DNA of 64,000 nt from sequence record LR756511.1. One strand, written 5' to 3'. A program made the position numbers and the translations under genes. This document shows positions 47,747 to 55,999 of the stretch, one piece after another; the first letter of the stretch is position 1, and each line of letters starts with the position of its first letter. The notes under the pieces are model-generated. The model did not search any database. It worked only from the letters and a program-made list of their open reading frames with translations, and was not told where the DNA came from.

Positions 47747-47953
47747 TAGGAAAATCCTTTGGATTACTTCTTATGCCTACATTCTCTGCCCCAAGCTGCT
47801 CCGCTAACCACTTGGGGTCAATCTTCCGCATTGCCTTACCAGTTATTTTGATCTTTGGTAACGCTTTGCCAGTCACGTTGATTCGCATAACCCACTTTAC
47901 GCCGAAAAACCAGTTTGTCAAGCAGAATTTTTCCTTTTGTCCTAAATAGAAGT

Positions 47954-48415
47954 ATGCATACTTTCAATGAATTCATGCTTAGCAGACAGATTGATGTTCT
48001 AGCGGAAAGGTGCGTCGAGAAGAACATTCCTGTTGTTGAGTTTGTTCAATATTTAGAAGCGGGTCTTTTGGGCAGTATGGCGGGTGGCGCTGTTCGCGGT
48101 GGCGGATATGGTAGTTGGTTTGGTATGCCTGGAGCCGCTGTCGGCGCTGGCTTAGGTGCATTAGGCGGCGCAGCCAAGCATTTCTATAATCAATGGCAAG
48201 GGAATAAACAAGGACAGAATTTAGAGTTTAATAAGACTCAAGCCATCCAAGCTATTGAGAAACTTAGTAAACTACTACCAAATGACGCTCAAGGACAATT
48301 AAGCCAAATTATTTCTACCTTACAAGGTATTGGCGCACAACCACAAGTGCCGCAACCAAAACAAGTCTATAATCCAGCAATGGGTATGGCTCAAGGCTTG
48401 GCACAGGGTCAATAA
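47954..48415 (+). CDS. Gly-rich protein with a hydrophobic glycine-zipper segment, possible virion internal protein
   Basis: MHTFNEF start after TAAATA; GAAVGAGLGALGGAA; Q-rich tail. Confidence 0.65.
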   Translation: MHTFNEFMLSRQIDVLAERCVEKNIPVVEFVQYLEAGLLGSMAGGAVRGGGYGSWFGMPGAAVGAGLGALGGAAKHFYNQWQGNKQGQNLEFNKTQAIQAIEKLSKLLPNDAQGQLSQIISTLQGIGAQPQVPQPKQVYNPAMGMAQGLAQGQ

Positions 48416-48416
48416 A

Positions 48417-48716
48417 TTAGTCTTTCGGTGGAATATAGAACTCTTCGGCAAATGGCTTTGGCTTTACTTTAGGTTCTGGTCCACGGCCCATTAATTTGTC
48501 AAAATTAATGATTTTTTTGATATCAACCACTTCATCTGGTTCTACTGGATCAATAGGAAGTGGTTCTTGATCCCAAATGTGGAAATGTTTATAAGGTAGA
48601 ACCTTCTTTAGCTTTTCAACGAATGCTTCGGCCTTTTCAGCAGTAGAAAAAGCTGCCAGAGGAAAGTAGTGTGTATCCCCTGAGCAGCTTATCTCTTCTA
48701 CATGTACTTCCTTCAT
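48417..48716 (-). CDS. Hypothetical phage protein
   Basis: LAAFSTAEKAEAF motif. Confidence 0.55.
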   Translation of the reverse strand: MKEVHVEEISCSGDTHYFPLAAFSTAEKAEAFVEKLKKVLPYKHFHIWDQEPLPIDPVEPDEVVDIKKIINFDKLMGRGPEPKVKPKPFAEEFYIPPKD

Positions 48717-48727
48717 TGCAAACTCCG

Positions 48728-49561
48728 TTATGGAGGTGGAATGACAAGATCACCAGAAGTCAATGTGTATGGGACCGTTGTTATCTGGTCAGGTGTAGTG
48801 TTGGCTCCAGTATACGTGTATTGGATTTTTCTTGCCATATCACCTACCACAGAACCAGCAAAATATTCGATGATTTCTGTAATTCTCAAGTTTACATCAA
48901 GCGTAATCTTGGAGAAAGTATGTGTATTTGATCTGCCGTGTAGAAGCTCATAATCAGACTGAGGGGCAAGTGGATTCAATCCTGCTGCCGTTATTACAGC
49001 CGCATCTACTGGATTGAGTGGATTAAGCTCAATTAAAACGGAAGGCCCATCTGGAAAGACGAAACGATTATCAACAGTATAACGCTCGAAATACGTTGGG
49101 AATTCTACAACCTTAGCCTGATAATTGAATCTTAGTTTTTCTTCAGCCCCAGCATTGGTTACATAGATACGAACCGCTTGCTTCTGTCGCTTGCAACGGA
49201 TACAAACCCTGAAAGGACCGCCTGCACCCGTGCCGCCATGTGTCTTGTTGCTTATGTAAGCGGTAAAATTATCCGCAAAAAGTGCATTTGCGTTTAATAG
49301 TGCGGCAACTTCAACAGCGGTTGTTGCGGCTGGAATTGCACCAGCAACGTTCACGGCGATAGCAGTATAACCCTTACGCTCAGGATCATATGCTATGTTA
49401 ATGGTAAACGTATTGACTACGCTAAAATCGTAAGGCTCAGCATTGCCAGAAACCATGTCTGCGCCAGTGTTATTAAGATTGGCACCAACACTAAAAATGG
49501 CTTGCTGATCTATTGGCCAACTCTGTCTGAACTCTTCTCCAAATGGATTCTGGAAAAACAT
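48728..49561 (-). CDS. Putative virion structural protein
   Basis: Ala/Thr/Asn-rich, beta-strand-like composition; no family recognised. Confidence 0.5.
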   Translation of the reverse strand: MFFQNPFGEEFRQSWPIDQQAIFSVGANLNNTGADMVSGNAEPYDFSVVNTFTINIAYDPERKGYTAIAVNVAGAIPAATTAVEVAALLNANALFADNFTAYISNKTHGGTGAGGPFRVCIRCKRQKQAVRIYVTNAGAEEKLRFNYQAKVVEFPTYFERYTVDNRFVFPDGPSVLIELNPLNPVDAAVITAAGLNPLAPQSDYELLHGRSNTHTFSKITLDVNLRITEIIEYFAGSVVGDMARKIQYTYTGANTTPDQITTVPYTLTSGDLVIPPP

Positions 49562-49585
49562 TTACACCCCTTATATGCTTATTAT

Positions 49586-50131
49586 TTATATAGAGGGGAT
49601 AGGTTTTAATTTTCCAAGAGCCATTTTGGAAACCAACTCAAAACTAGGCCACGTTCCCCCTTGCGACGGATCAACCTGATTGAAATGATGCCGAATCCAC
49701 TTTACGTAATTCCTCCAAACCTCTCTATCGTCTAATATACAGGCTCCCAGGTAGACAATAAGACGGTTTGGCCGATGCTTTTCAGGGTCCAAAAAACCCA
49801 AAGCGGCATCTGAACCTACGGCTTGACAAGCTGCAATATAAGCAGTTGCAGAACTTCGGCAAACGCCCGCACGACAGCAAACGAGAAGCTTTTTCCGACC
49901 TTTGGCAAAATCCAAAGCGGATTGGATGTGGTATGCTCGCGGTGCTACGAAATCATCAAACTTGTAATGGTCGATATCATCCACTGGAAGATGAAGTGAT
50001 TCCAAGGCATGTTGCTGAACAAACTTTAATTCAGGCCACTCAGAAGGAGTATAGTAAATTATGTCATATTGCTTAGAGTGCCCTTCAACAAATCTCTCTA
50101 ACTCCTTATGGCCAAATATCTTAAGTTCCAT
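49586..50131 (-). CDS. PTP/DSP-like phosphatase
   Basis: LLVCCRAGVCRSSATA CX5R P-loop, PN..IV. Confidence 0.8.
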   Translation of the reverse strand: MELKIFGHKELERFVEGHSKQYDIIYYTPSEWPELKFVQQHALESLHLPVDDIDHYKFDDFVAPRAYHIQSALDFAKGRKKLLVCCRAGVCRSSATAYIAACQAVGSDAALGFLDPEKHRPNRLIVYLGACILDDREVWRNYVKWIRHHFNQVDPSQGGTWPSFELVSKMALGKLKPIPSI

Positions 50132-50843
50132 TTTTCTTTACCTTGTGCTTATATTTCTCTTCGGTTTTGATGTAATAAACATCCAATCCTAAACGATTAT
50201 TGAGTTTGTCGTCAATTTCGTTATATTGCTTTATTGTAGTCTGCCCATTGTAAATATCATGGCAACGAATCGCCTCTCCATTAAACCAACGAGTTATAGC
50301 TAATCCCTTATGATAAGAATGTTTGTGGCTATAAGCTGTTTGCTCATAAGGACTTGCTGAATCCTTTATAATATCATTGATGACAGGATTGGTGTCTCTG
50401 CCATTAATGTTGTAGATCATAATTTTTTCGATAGCGGTGGGAGGTATCTTTAGTAGATAGACGCAAACACCGCTTTGGGCAAGTGAAAGTTTCCACTTGT
50501 TTTTATAGTTGGCGAGATTTTCTAATATTTCTTTGCGTTGCTTTTCAAGAGCGGCGGGATTTCTGGTTCTTAGCTTGTTTATTCTCTGTATAAAAGCGGG
50601 AGATGGGGCTATCATATCCTGGTAAAGCGTATTAAGCTTTACGGATATAATGCCCCATCTCTCAGCTTCAGGTGGGCAAACGGATTTACAGAAGAAGCCT
50701 GCGTAAATATCAGTCAAGAAAACTGGCGGTTCCAAACCCTTTGACGGCGCTAACTTTGCAACATCTTCGGTTGTGCCGATGTAAAGGATTTTGTCATCCT
50801 GTTGCTTGGTGCAATCCTTGGATTTGGAAGCCGTTGCTTTCAT
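50121..50843 (-). CDS. Hypothetical protein
   Basis: 240 aa ORF. Confidence 0.65.
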   Translation of the reverse strand: MKATASKSKDCTKQQDDKILYIGTTEDVAKLAPSKGLEPPVFLTDIYAGFFCKSVCPPEAERWGIISVKLNTLYQDMIAPSPAFIQRINKLRTRNPAALEKQRKEILENLANYKNKWKLSLAQSGVCVYLLKIPPTAIEKIMIYNINGRDTNPVINDIIKDSASPYEQTAYSHKHSYHKGLAITRWFNGEAIRCHDIYNGQTTIKQYNEIDDKLNNRLGLDVYYIKTEEKYKHKVKKNGT

Positions 50844-51045
50844 TGGACGGATGTTCCTTCATTGATTGTATTTTACTCGGAACACCCCATGATTTAAAAC
50901 CATTGGGGTCCAGAGGCAACGCAGCCTCTGCAAGCATTCTTACTTCTTTGCAAATCAAATCTGTTGGCGCGGCCATTTCAAGTAGATCGCTTAGCCGCTT
51001 TGCCCTACCTTCCAACAGACCCATATGATACGCGCGTGCAGACAT
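50794..51045 (-). CDS. Hypothetical protein
   Basis: GAGGTGG ribosome-binding site. Confidence 0.45.
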   Translation of the reverse strand: MSARAYHMGLLEGRAKRLSDLLEMAAPTDLICKEVRMLAEAALPLDPNGFKSWGVPSKIQSMKEHPSNESNGFQIQGLHQATG

Positions 51046-51081
51046 CTTACCACCTCTTTTGGAGTTGTAAAGTCAAAAGTT

Positions 51082-52212
51082 TCAAACAGAGGAAGTTGCG
51101 GGACTATCATTCGGCCTTACTCCTTGCAGCGGAAGCGGGTTTATAAATTGCCCCAGCTTAACCAGAACCTCTTGAGCTTCTTTGTTCTGATTAAACACCT
51201 TCGACAATTCTTCGTTTTCCTTATCCAACAACTCGATCTTTTGCTCTAAGGAAGCTCTTTCCGCGTTGTTAGCCGCGATTCGTCTCGCAACGTCCGCTAA
51301 TTCCTGTAGCTTATCCTTCAAGCCGATAAGCATATCAGGAATGTTAATCTTTGGTTTTGGCGGGGTGGGCGGGGCGGATGGCGGGGGCGGTGCGTCCTTA
51401 TATTTCTCTAAGAAGCCACGCCCTTTATCTGTTAGTAAGTAACCGATCACCTTATCGCGTTCATTGACCCTCTCCATTAAATATTCACTTTTGACCAATT
51501 CCGTTAAGACCCGCGAAACCGCTGCCAGATGCGATCCGCGCCAATGACATTCGTGCTTTAGCGTTTGAGCGAATTGAACCCTGTTCTTGCAGAAATTAGT
51601 ATCAATTACCGACTTAACCTTCTTCAAAACATATAAGAGCTTGTCATGACTCTTAACCACGCCTTGAAGGTTAGCAAATTCAGGCCGCTCATCCTTAACG
51701 AATGTTTCTGGTTCAACAACTTCTTTCTTCTCTTCTTCTTTGATTTCAAGCCTTGTCACACTCACGCCATTAATATGTGGACGTTCGATTACAGTAGTCA
51801 TGGTCGTAGTAGGGACTTCCTTTTTTTCTTTCTGTTCCTGGCGGATCGTGCGACTGATGGACTTTTCGTTTGCTTTTAGCTGAGTAAATAAGCTTTTTGC
51901 GGAATACCCCGAACCTTGCGGGATAAGCAGTGTCATTTCGTAATCGCGGGTAGCATGAACGTCTGGTTTTACCCTAACTGAAACTCCATATGGCTTAAAT
52001 CCAACCATGCGAACAGGACGACTTTCGGCACTACAATGGCGTAACTTGTCAACCCGACATTCCCATTCGTAACCTTTAGTATATCCTGAACGTTTGAGCA
52101 GTAATTCCAGTAATTCACTGGTTTGTGCTGGCTCTTGCGCACCGCCAAAATGGTCCCCAGCGGTAAAAACCCTAACTCTAGGCTCAGCAAGAAGCTCCAT
52201 CGCCAACCCCAT
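51082..52212 (-). CDS. Hypothetical protein with winged-helix-like segment and C-terminal coiled coil
   Basis: VSRVLTELVKSEYL...GYLLTDKG; Pro linker; heptad tail. Confidence 0.7.
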   Translation of the reverse strand: MGLAMELLAEPRVRVFTAGDHFGGAQEPAQTSELLELLLKRSGYTKGYEWECRVDKLRHCSAESRPVRMVGFKPYGVSVRVKPDVHATRDYEMTLLIPQGSGYSAKSLFTQLKANEKSISRTIRQEQKEKKEVPTTTMTTVIERPHINGVSVTRLEIKEEEKKEVVEPETFVKDERPEFANLQGVVKSHDKLLYVLKKVKSVIDTNFCKNRVQFAQTLKHECHWRGSHLAAVSRVLTELVKSEYLMERVNERDKVIGYLLTDKGRGFLEKYKDAPPPPSAPPTPPKPKINIPDMLIGLKDKLQELADVARRIAANNAERASLEQKIELLDKENEELSKVFNQNKEAQEVLVKLGQFINPLPLQGVRPNDSPATSSV

Positions 52213-52242
52213 CTATCATTTTATTGTTGTTCCGCCTTACTT

Positions 52243-52270
52243 ATCTTACTGCAAATCCCTTCATTGTCAA
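52243..52270 (-). promoter_or_regulatory. Sigma70-like promoter
   Basis: TTGACA-N16-TAAGAT. Confidence 0.5.
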
Positions 52271-52304
52271 GAAGTTGGGGAAAACCGTCCAATCAAAATA
52301 AAAA

Positions 52305-52334
52305 AAAGGCTAGGAAAAAAATTCCCTAGCCTTT
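52305..52334 (-). terminator. Rho-independent terminator
   Basis: AAAGGCTAGG/CCTAGCCTTT stem followed by a T-run on the minus strand. Confidence 0.75.
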
Positions 52335-52352
52335 CGTGGTGTGAGAGTCGCT

Positions 52353-52571
52353 TTACTTTCGCTTTTTTTTCCGTTCTTCAGCCCTGTCTGCTGCTGGAGT
52401 TGAACGCTTTGCCGCAACCTTCATCGTCTTCGGCTTGGGTGGCTGTTCACGTTCAAGCTCATTCTCGGCATCAAGCCAGAATTGAACGCCATCCCCAGGC
52501 GGATAGCCAGCTTTTTCCCATTTTAAATAAGCTCTCTTTGCAATCTTCTCACGCCATTCGCACTCAGTCAT
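52353..52571 (-). CDS. DUF2934-like small protein
   Basis: EKIAKRAYLKWEKAG.P.G....FWLDAE.EL. Confidence 0.75.
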   Translation of the reverse strand: MTECEWREKIAKRAYLKWEKAGYPPGDGVQFWLDAENELEREQPPKPKTMKVAAKRSTPAADRAEERKKKRK

Positions 52572-52607
52572 TGCTTCTCCTATTTTGGTGGAACCCTTGA
52601 ATCATAA

Positions 52608-52678
52608 TGACCCCTGAGGGAATCGAACCCTCGTCAAAGGATTAAAAGTCCATTGCTTTACCACTAAGCTAAGGGGTC
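52608..52678 (-). tRNA. tRNA-Lys (UUU)
   Basis: Cloverleaf GACCCCT..AGCTTAGTGGTAAAGC..GGA-CTTTTAA-TCC..GAGGG-TTCGATT-CCCTC-AGGGGTC-A; CCA not encoded. Confidence 0.9.
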
Positions 52679-52690
52679 AATCGCCTTTAC

Positions 52691-52879
52691 CTAAGCATAC
52701 CACAATTCATTAATTGGCACGACTAAGACACGTTCAGCGGATGATTGGATGCCGCTACCTTGCACCTTGATAGTATCAATTTGGCAAGGGCCAGAATGAA
52801 CTTCTACTTTCATAGGAAGATTACCGAAACCTTCCTTTTCCAGTCCTTCCAATCGCTTACGCATTTCTGAAACGGTCAT
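52691..52879 (-). CDS. Hypothetical protein
   Basis: MTVSEMRKRLE start; ends in TAG before the tRNA. Confidence 0.55.
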   Translation of the reverse strand: MTVSEMRKRLEGLEKEGFGNLPMKVEVHSGPCQIDTIKVQGSGIQSSAERVLVVPINELWYA

Positions 52880-53271
52880 ACAACAACTTTCTGAGGCATC
52901 ACGCCCAACTCATTAGGTATAAACTCTTTGCCCTTAGAAATTCTAACAATCTCGGCATGAGTGGCACGATAGCCATATTCATGTATGATTACCGTGCCCC
53001 AAACCTTAATAGTACCTAAGATTAAACTGGAGCCATTATAATACCGCCTACGCAGTCTATGATCTTTAAAGGCATGTAAGCCAACACGATTCGTCTCTTT
53101 GGGCCTAGCCTGTGCCCTAACAACCTTGCCCAGCGCCCATTTGGTTCTGGCCCTGGTTCTGAACAGTGATTGAAGACCAACTTTCCAAGCTCGATAAGCC
53201 AATAAAGCTTTCTCTCTTGGAATTTCCACAATCCTTTTAACCTTGCCAAGATTACACATTTTATACTCCAA
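52876..53271 (-). CDS. Phage hypothetical protein, tandem paralog 2
   Basis: AYR.W...GL..F...GTI..WGTV..HE.GYRA.HAEI. Confidence 0.7.
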   Translation of the reverse strand: MEYKMCNLGKVKRIVEIPREKALLAYRAWKVGLQSLFRTRARTKWALGKVVRAQARPKETNRVGLHAFKDHRLRRRYYNGSSLILGTIKVWGTVIIHEYGYRATHAEIVRISKGKEFIPNELGVMPQKVVV

Positions 53272-53626
53272 CTGCTTCTAAATTAGGAAGATATTCTTTA
53301 CCTTTTGTAATTTTAACAATCTCGGCATGGGAAGCACGGTAGCCAGATTCATGAAAAACTACCGTGCCCCAAATCTTAATTGTGCCCATCATTGCCGTCT
53401 TCCACAACCCATTCTTTCTAGCGGCAGGCGATGTGAAACAATACAATCCATACTGATTAATGGCTGTGGGTTTGGCGTGTGTCCTAACCACTTTGCCAAG
53501 TCGCCATTTGGTTTTAGCTCTAACGCTACTTGTGGATTGCAACCCAATGTTCCAAGAACGATAAGCTAGAATAGCTTTATCTTGCGGAACTTCCACAACC
53601 TTTTTTACTTTGCCAAGAATACACAT
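53261..53626 (-). CDS. Phage hypothetical protein, tandem paralog 1
   Basis: Same motifs as 52876-53271. Confidence 0.7.
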   Translation of the reverse strand: MCILGKVKKVVEVPQDKAILAYRSWNIGLQSTSSVRAKTKWRLGKVVRTHAKPTAINQYGLYCFTSPAARKNGLWKTAMMGTIKIWGTVVFHESGYRASHAEIVKITKGKEYLPNLEAVGV

Positions 53627-54084
53627 TACTTTACGACGTATTTCACGCCGCCCACAATTAAAAAGTGAATGGTCCTATGATCCACTTGTTTGATCCTGTG
53701 CTTATCCGTTTCATCAAGGTCTTCAACCATGCTACGTCCAAGCAAAGGCTCAGGCTTAATCAAACGTCCACGGAGAGTACGCTCATTGCCATCAGCTTTA
53801 TCAAAAGAAACGGTAAATGGACGATTGTGAGAGCTAATGAGGATTTCAGCAGCTTCCGTCTTCGTTACCTTTTCTGTCTCCTCAAACTGATCGGCAGACA
53901 AAGCATTTACTACTAAATCACGACCAGTGATTCTAATGTCTTTGCTGTTCTTGTCAAGCGGAGTTACGATTAACTCTTCCCCGCTGTGATTGACGGTCTT
54001 GACCTTTACGTAATTGACAAAGGCCATCAAATCGTTGTTTTTTACTTTCGTCGGTTCAACATTGTTTACTTTAGTGTCTTTCAT
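53626..54084 (-). CDS. Protein with C-terminal WYL/Sm-like beta-barrel
   Basis: FTVSFDKADGNERTLRG. Confidence 0.6.
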   Translation of the reverse strand: MKDTKVNNVEPTKVKNNDLMAFVNYVKVKTVNHSGEELIVTPLDKNSKDIRITGRDLVVNALSADQFEETEKVTKTEAAEILISSHNRPFTVSFDKADGNERTLRGRLIKPEPLLGRSMVEDLDETDKHRIKQVDHRTIHFLIVGGVKYVVK

Positions 54085-54114
54085 AATTCCTCCTATTAGG
54101 TATATCGAGGAATT

Positions 54115-54143
54115 ATCTTAGACAGTAAAGTAAAATTTGTCAA
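54115..54143 (-). promoter_or_regulatory. Sigma70-like promoter
   Basis: TTGACA-N17-TAAGAT upstream of an AGGAGG ribosome-binding site. Confidence 0.65.
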
Positions 54144-54637
54144 GAAATATGCCACCAATACGGCAATTTTCCTGCCCTGTAATTATCCGCGTATTGTTTA
54201 TCGGTGCCTGAAAGCTTCCACCATTTATCCTTTGGCCGATTTGCACCGCCAAACGAGAATTTGCAAATGTAAACACGTTCTTCTAGATACGCTGTCCTTC
54301 CCCAAGCTTCATTATAAATTGCATCAATCTCTTTCCAGGTGAAATCAATCAATTTATCAAGTTGATCCTTGTCGATATGCTTGAAGATAGGATCAAAATT
54401 CTTTTCGGTAAAAAGAGCAGTTAATTGTTCCGTAGTAGGCTTTGGAGTTCGGTTTTCAAACCATTCACGTAATATAGCCGCAGGCACATACATAGCATCC
54501 GCAGCAGCATCACCATTGTAATAGTCTTCAATTGTATCGCGGTTTGGGATGGCGTTTATAAGACTACCGCCCTCATGTCCACTTGGCTTGTTCTCATAGT
54601 CAATGCCGCCACTACAATTACATTTCCACCAACCCAT
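54140..54637 (-). CDS. Hypothetical protein
   Basis: Abuts the OGFr-domain gene. Confidence 0.6.
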   Translation of the reverse strand: MGWWKCNCSGGIDYENKPSGHEGGSLINAIPNRDTIEDYYNGDAAADAMYVPAAILREWFENRTPKPTTEQLTALFTEKNFDPIFKHIDKDQLDKLIDFTWKEIDAIYNEAWGRTAYLEERVYICKFSFGGANRPKDKWWKLSGTDKQYADNYRAGKLPYWWHIS

Positions 54638-55141
54638 TTAATTCTCCTTAATCGCCTTCGTCCAATAGGCGAATGAGTTTTCAGAAACTAAATTTTCCGT
54701 TTCGTGCAGTTCCAGCAAGAAATTATAAAGCCGTTGAGCAAGGTCTTCTCTTCCCAATAGCTTTAATGAAGTCAAGCAACGTGTAATGCGGAGCCAATTA
54801 TGATTAATCTGGTTCCAGCAATAACGCGCTCGATCTTCGAAATTTTCCGCTTTATAGACTTTCTGGCCATCTGTGTTAAGGCCAAGAAAGCGTAGGAAGC
54901 GGTGGAATGAGTACGAAAGGTTAGCCTGCAACGTTTCACTCTGTTTAAACAGACTGATTTCTTCGTCTGTTAGGAGTGGAGCGTCAGGATTAAAGTTGGA
55001 GGGTTCTTTAAGCGGGAACAGCCACTGCACCCACGAATGATCGAATTCCAGCCAGTCGTCATCTTCATCCTGAATCTGGAATAGATATCGTCCGTCGATA
55101 TCAGGGTGATACCCGCTATAGAAGTTACAGATTTCGCTCAT
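54638..55141 (-). CDS. OGFr_N (opioid growth factor receptor) domain protein
   Basis: LE..H.WVQWLFP...S.FNP.AP.L, F.RFL.FLG, NHN.LRITRCL.SL..LG. Confidence 0.88.
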   Translation of the reverse strand: MSEICNFYSGYHPDIDGRYLFQIQDEDDDWLEFDHSWVQWLFPLKEPSNFNPDAPLLTDEEISLFKQSETLQANLSYSFHRFLRFLGLNTDGQKVYKAENFEDRARYCWNQINHNWLRITRCLTSLKLLGREDLAQRLYNFLLELHETENLVSENSFAYWTKAIKEN

Positions 55142-55463
55142 ATTGCTCTAAAAAGTGATTATAAGCGTTTTCAAACGCTTTTGTACTATCGGTCTTGACT
55201 AGTACAGCATCGACTGGCACTTGAAAGTCATCGTTGCCGATGGAGATTTCAATGCAGCTTTTGCTGTTAACTCTAACGATGTGGTTCGTCGCTAGAGAGT
55301 TTTTGAAATACGTTTCTACTTGCGTGTTAATTACATCAAGCATGGACTGTTGCCACATCACGGCAACGCTGCGGTGATGGAGGAGAAGTTTGAAGTATTT
55401 GTTTCTATAGTAATTTGCCGCCCGCGCCGCCAGGATAAATAGAAACGACAATGCGAGGATCAT
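55125..55463 (-). CDS. Hypothetical protein with N-terminal membrane anchor
   Basis: GGGGAG ribosome-binding site; hydrophobic N-terminus. Confidence 0.55.
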   Translation of the reverse strand: MILALSFLFILAARAANYYRNKYFKLLLHHRSVAVMWQQSMLDVINTQVETYFKNSLATNHIVRVNSKSCIEISIGNDDFQVPVDAVLVKTDSTKAFENAYNHFLEQYERNL

Positions 55464-55479
55464 GAAGCTCCCCTTTGTA

Positions 55480-55564
55480 ACTTTGTAGCAACTTCAAACT
55501 AGGCGACTTTGCCACAACTTCACAACTGCGTAGGTAACGCAGCTACTGCGTAAATAACGCAGCT
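55480..55564. repeat. Two pairs of short direct repeats downstream of the suppressor tRNA
   Basis: ACTTTG..CAACTTCA.ACT x2 (55480-55500, 55506-55527); ACTGCGTA..TAACGCAGCT x2 (55525-55544, 55545-55564), each of the latter a hairpin. Confidence 0.7.
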
Positions 55565-55588
55565 TTTCTGGCGTCATTGCCCTGTCAG

Positions 55589-55661
55589 CGCTTGCGGCGG
55601 GAGTCGAACCCGCAACCAATCAGTTTTAGAGACTGTCGCTCTGCCATTGAGCTACGCAAGC
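55589..55661 (-). tRNA. Amber-suppressor tRNA (anticodon CUA), tRNA-Trp-like body
   Basis: GCTTGCG-TA-GCTC-AATGGCA-GAGC-G-ACAGT-CT[CTA]AA-ACTGA-TTGGTT-GCGGG-TTCGACT-CCCGC-CGCAAGC-G. Confidence 0.88.
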
Positions 55662-55669
55662 AAGCGCCT

Positions 55670-55987
55670 TTAAAGCGAATCAATCAACTCTTTGGATGCT
55701 TCCTTGCCGAGAAGGTCCACCAACTTCTTAGCCGTGCGAACCAATTCCGCAACACCACTGAGAGGATTTGCGGGCTTGGGAGCAGGAGCGACAAGCGACG
55801 GGGCGGTAGATGCGGTTCGCTTGGCGGCTTCCTTCCTCATCTCGTTTCGCCTGTTGTGGAAACTCGACTGAGGGAGCGGAATCCTGTAGGTGCGGAAGAA
55901 CTCATTCTTGGCTTGCGCGTAAGTGGTATCCAAACCCTTCTTTTCCAGAAACTCACGAATCTTCGGCGTCAACACCGACTCTGCCAT
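55670..55987 (-). CDS. Small basic protein
   Basis: AGGAG ribosome-binding site; C-terminal AKKLVDLLG.....LID.L helix. Confidence 0.65.
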   Translation of the reverse strand: MAESVLTPKIREFLEKKGLDTTYAQAKNEFFRTYRIPLPQSSFHNRRNEMRKEAAKRTASTAPSLVAPAPKPANPLSGVAELVRTAKKLVDLLGKEASKELIDSL

Positions 55988-55999
55988 GACACACTCTCC

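Noticed and set aside
49572-49587. AATAAGCATATA as an independent operator
   Set aside because: All three copies overlap or abut upstream stop codons in AT-rich spacers, so part of the similarity may be compositional; kept only as a low-confidence promoter-like feature.
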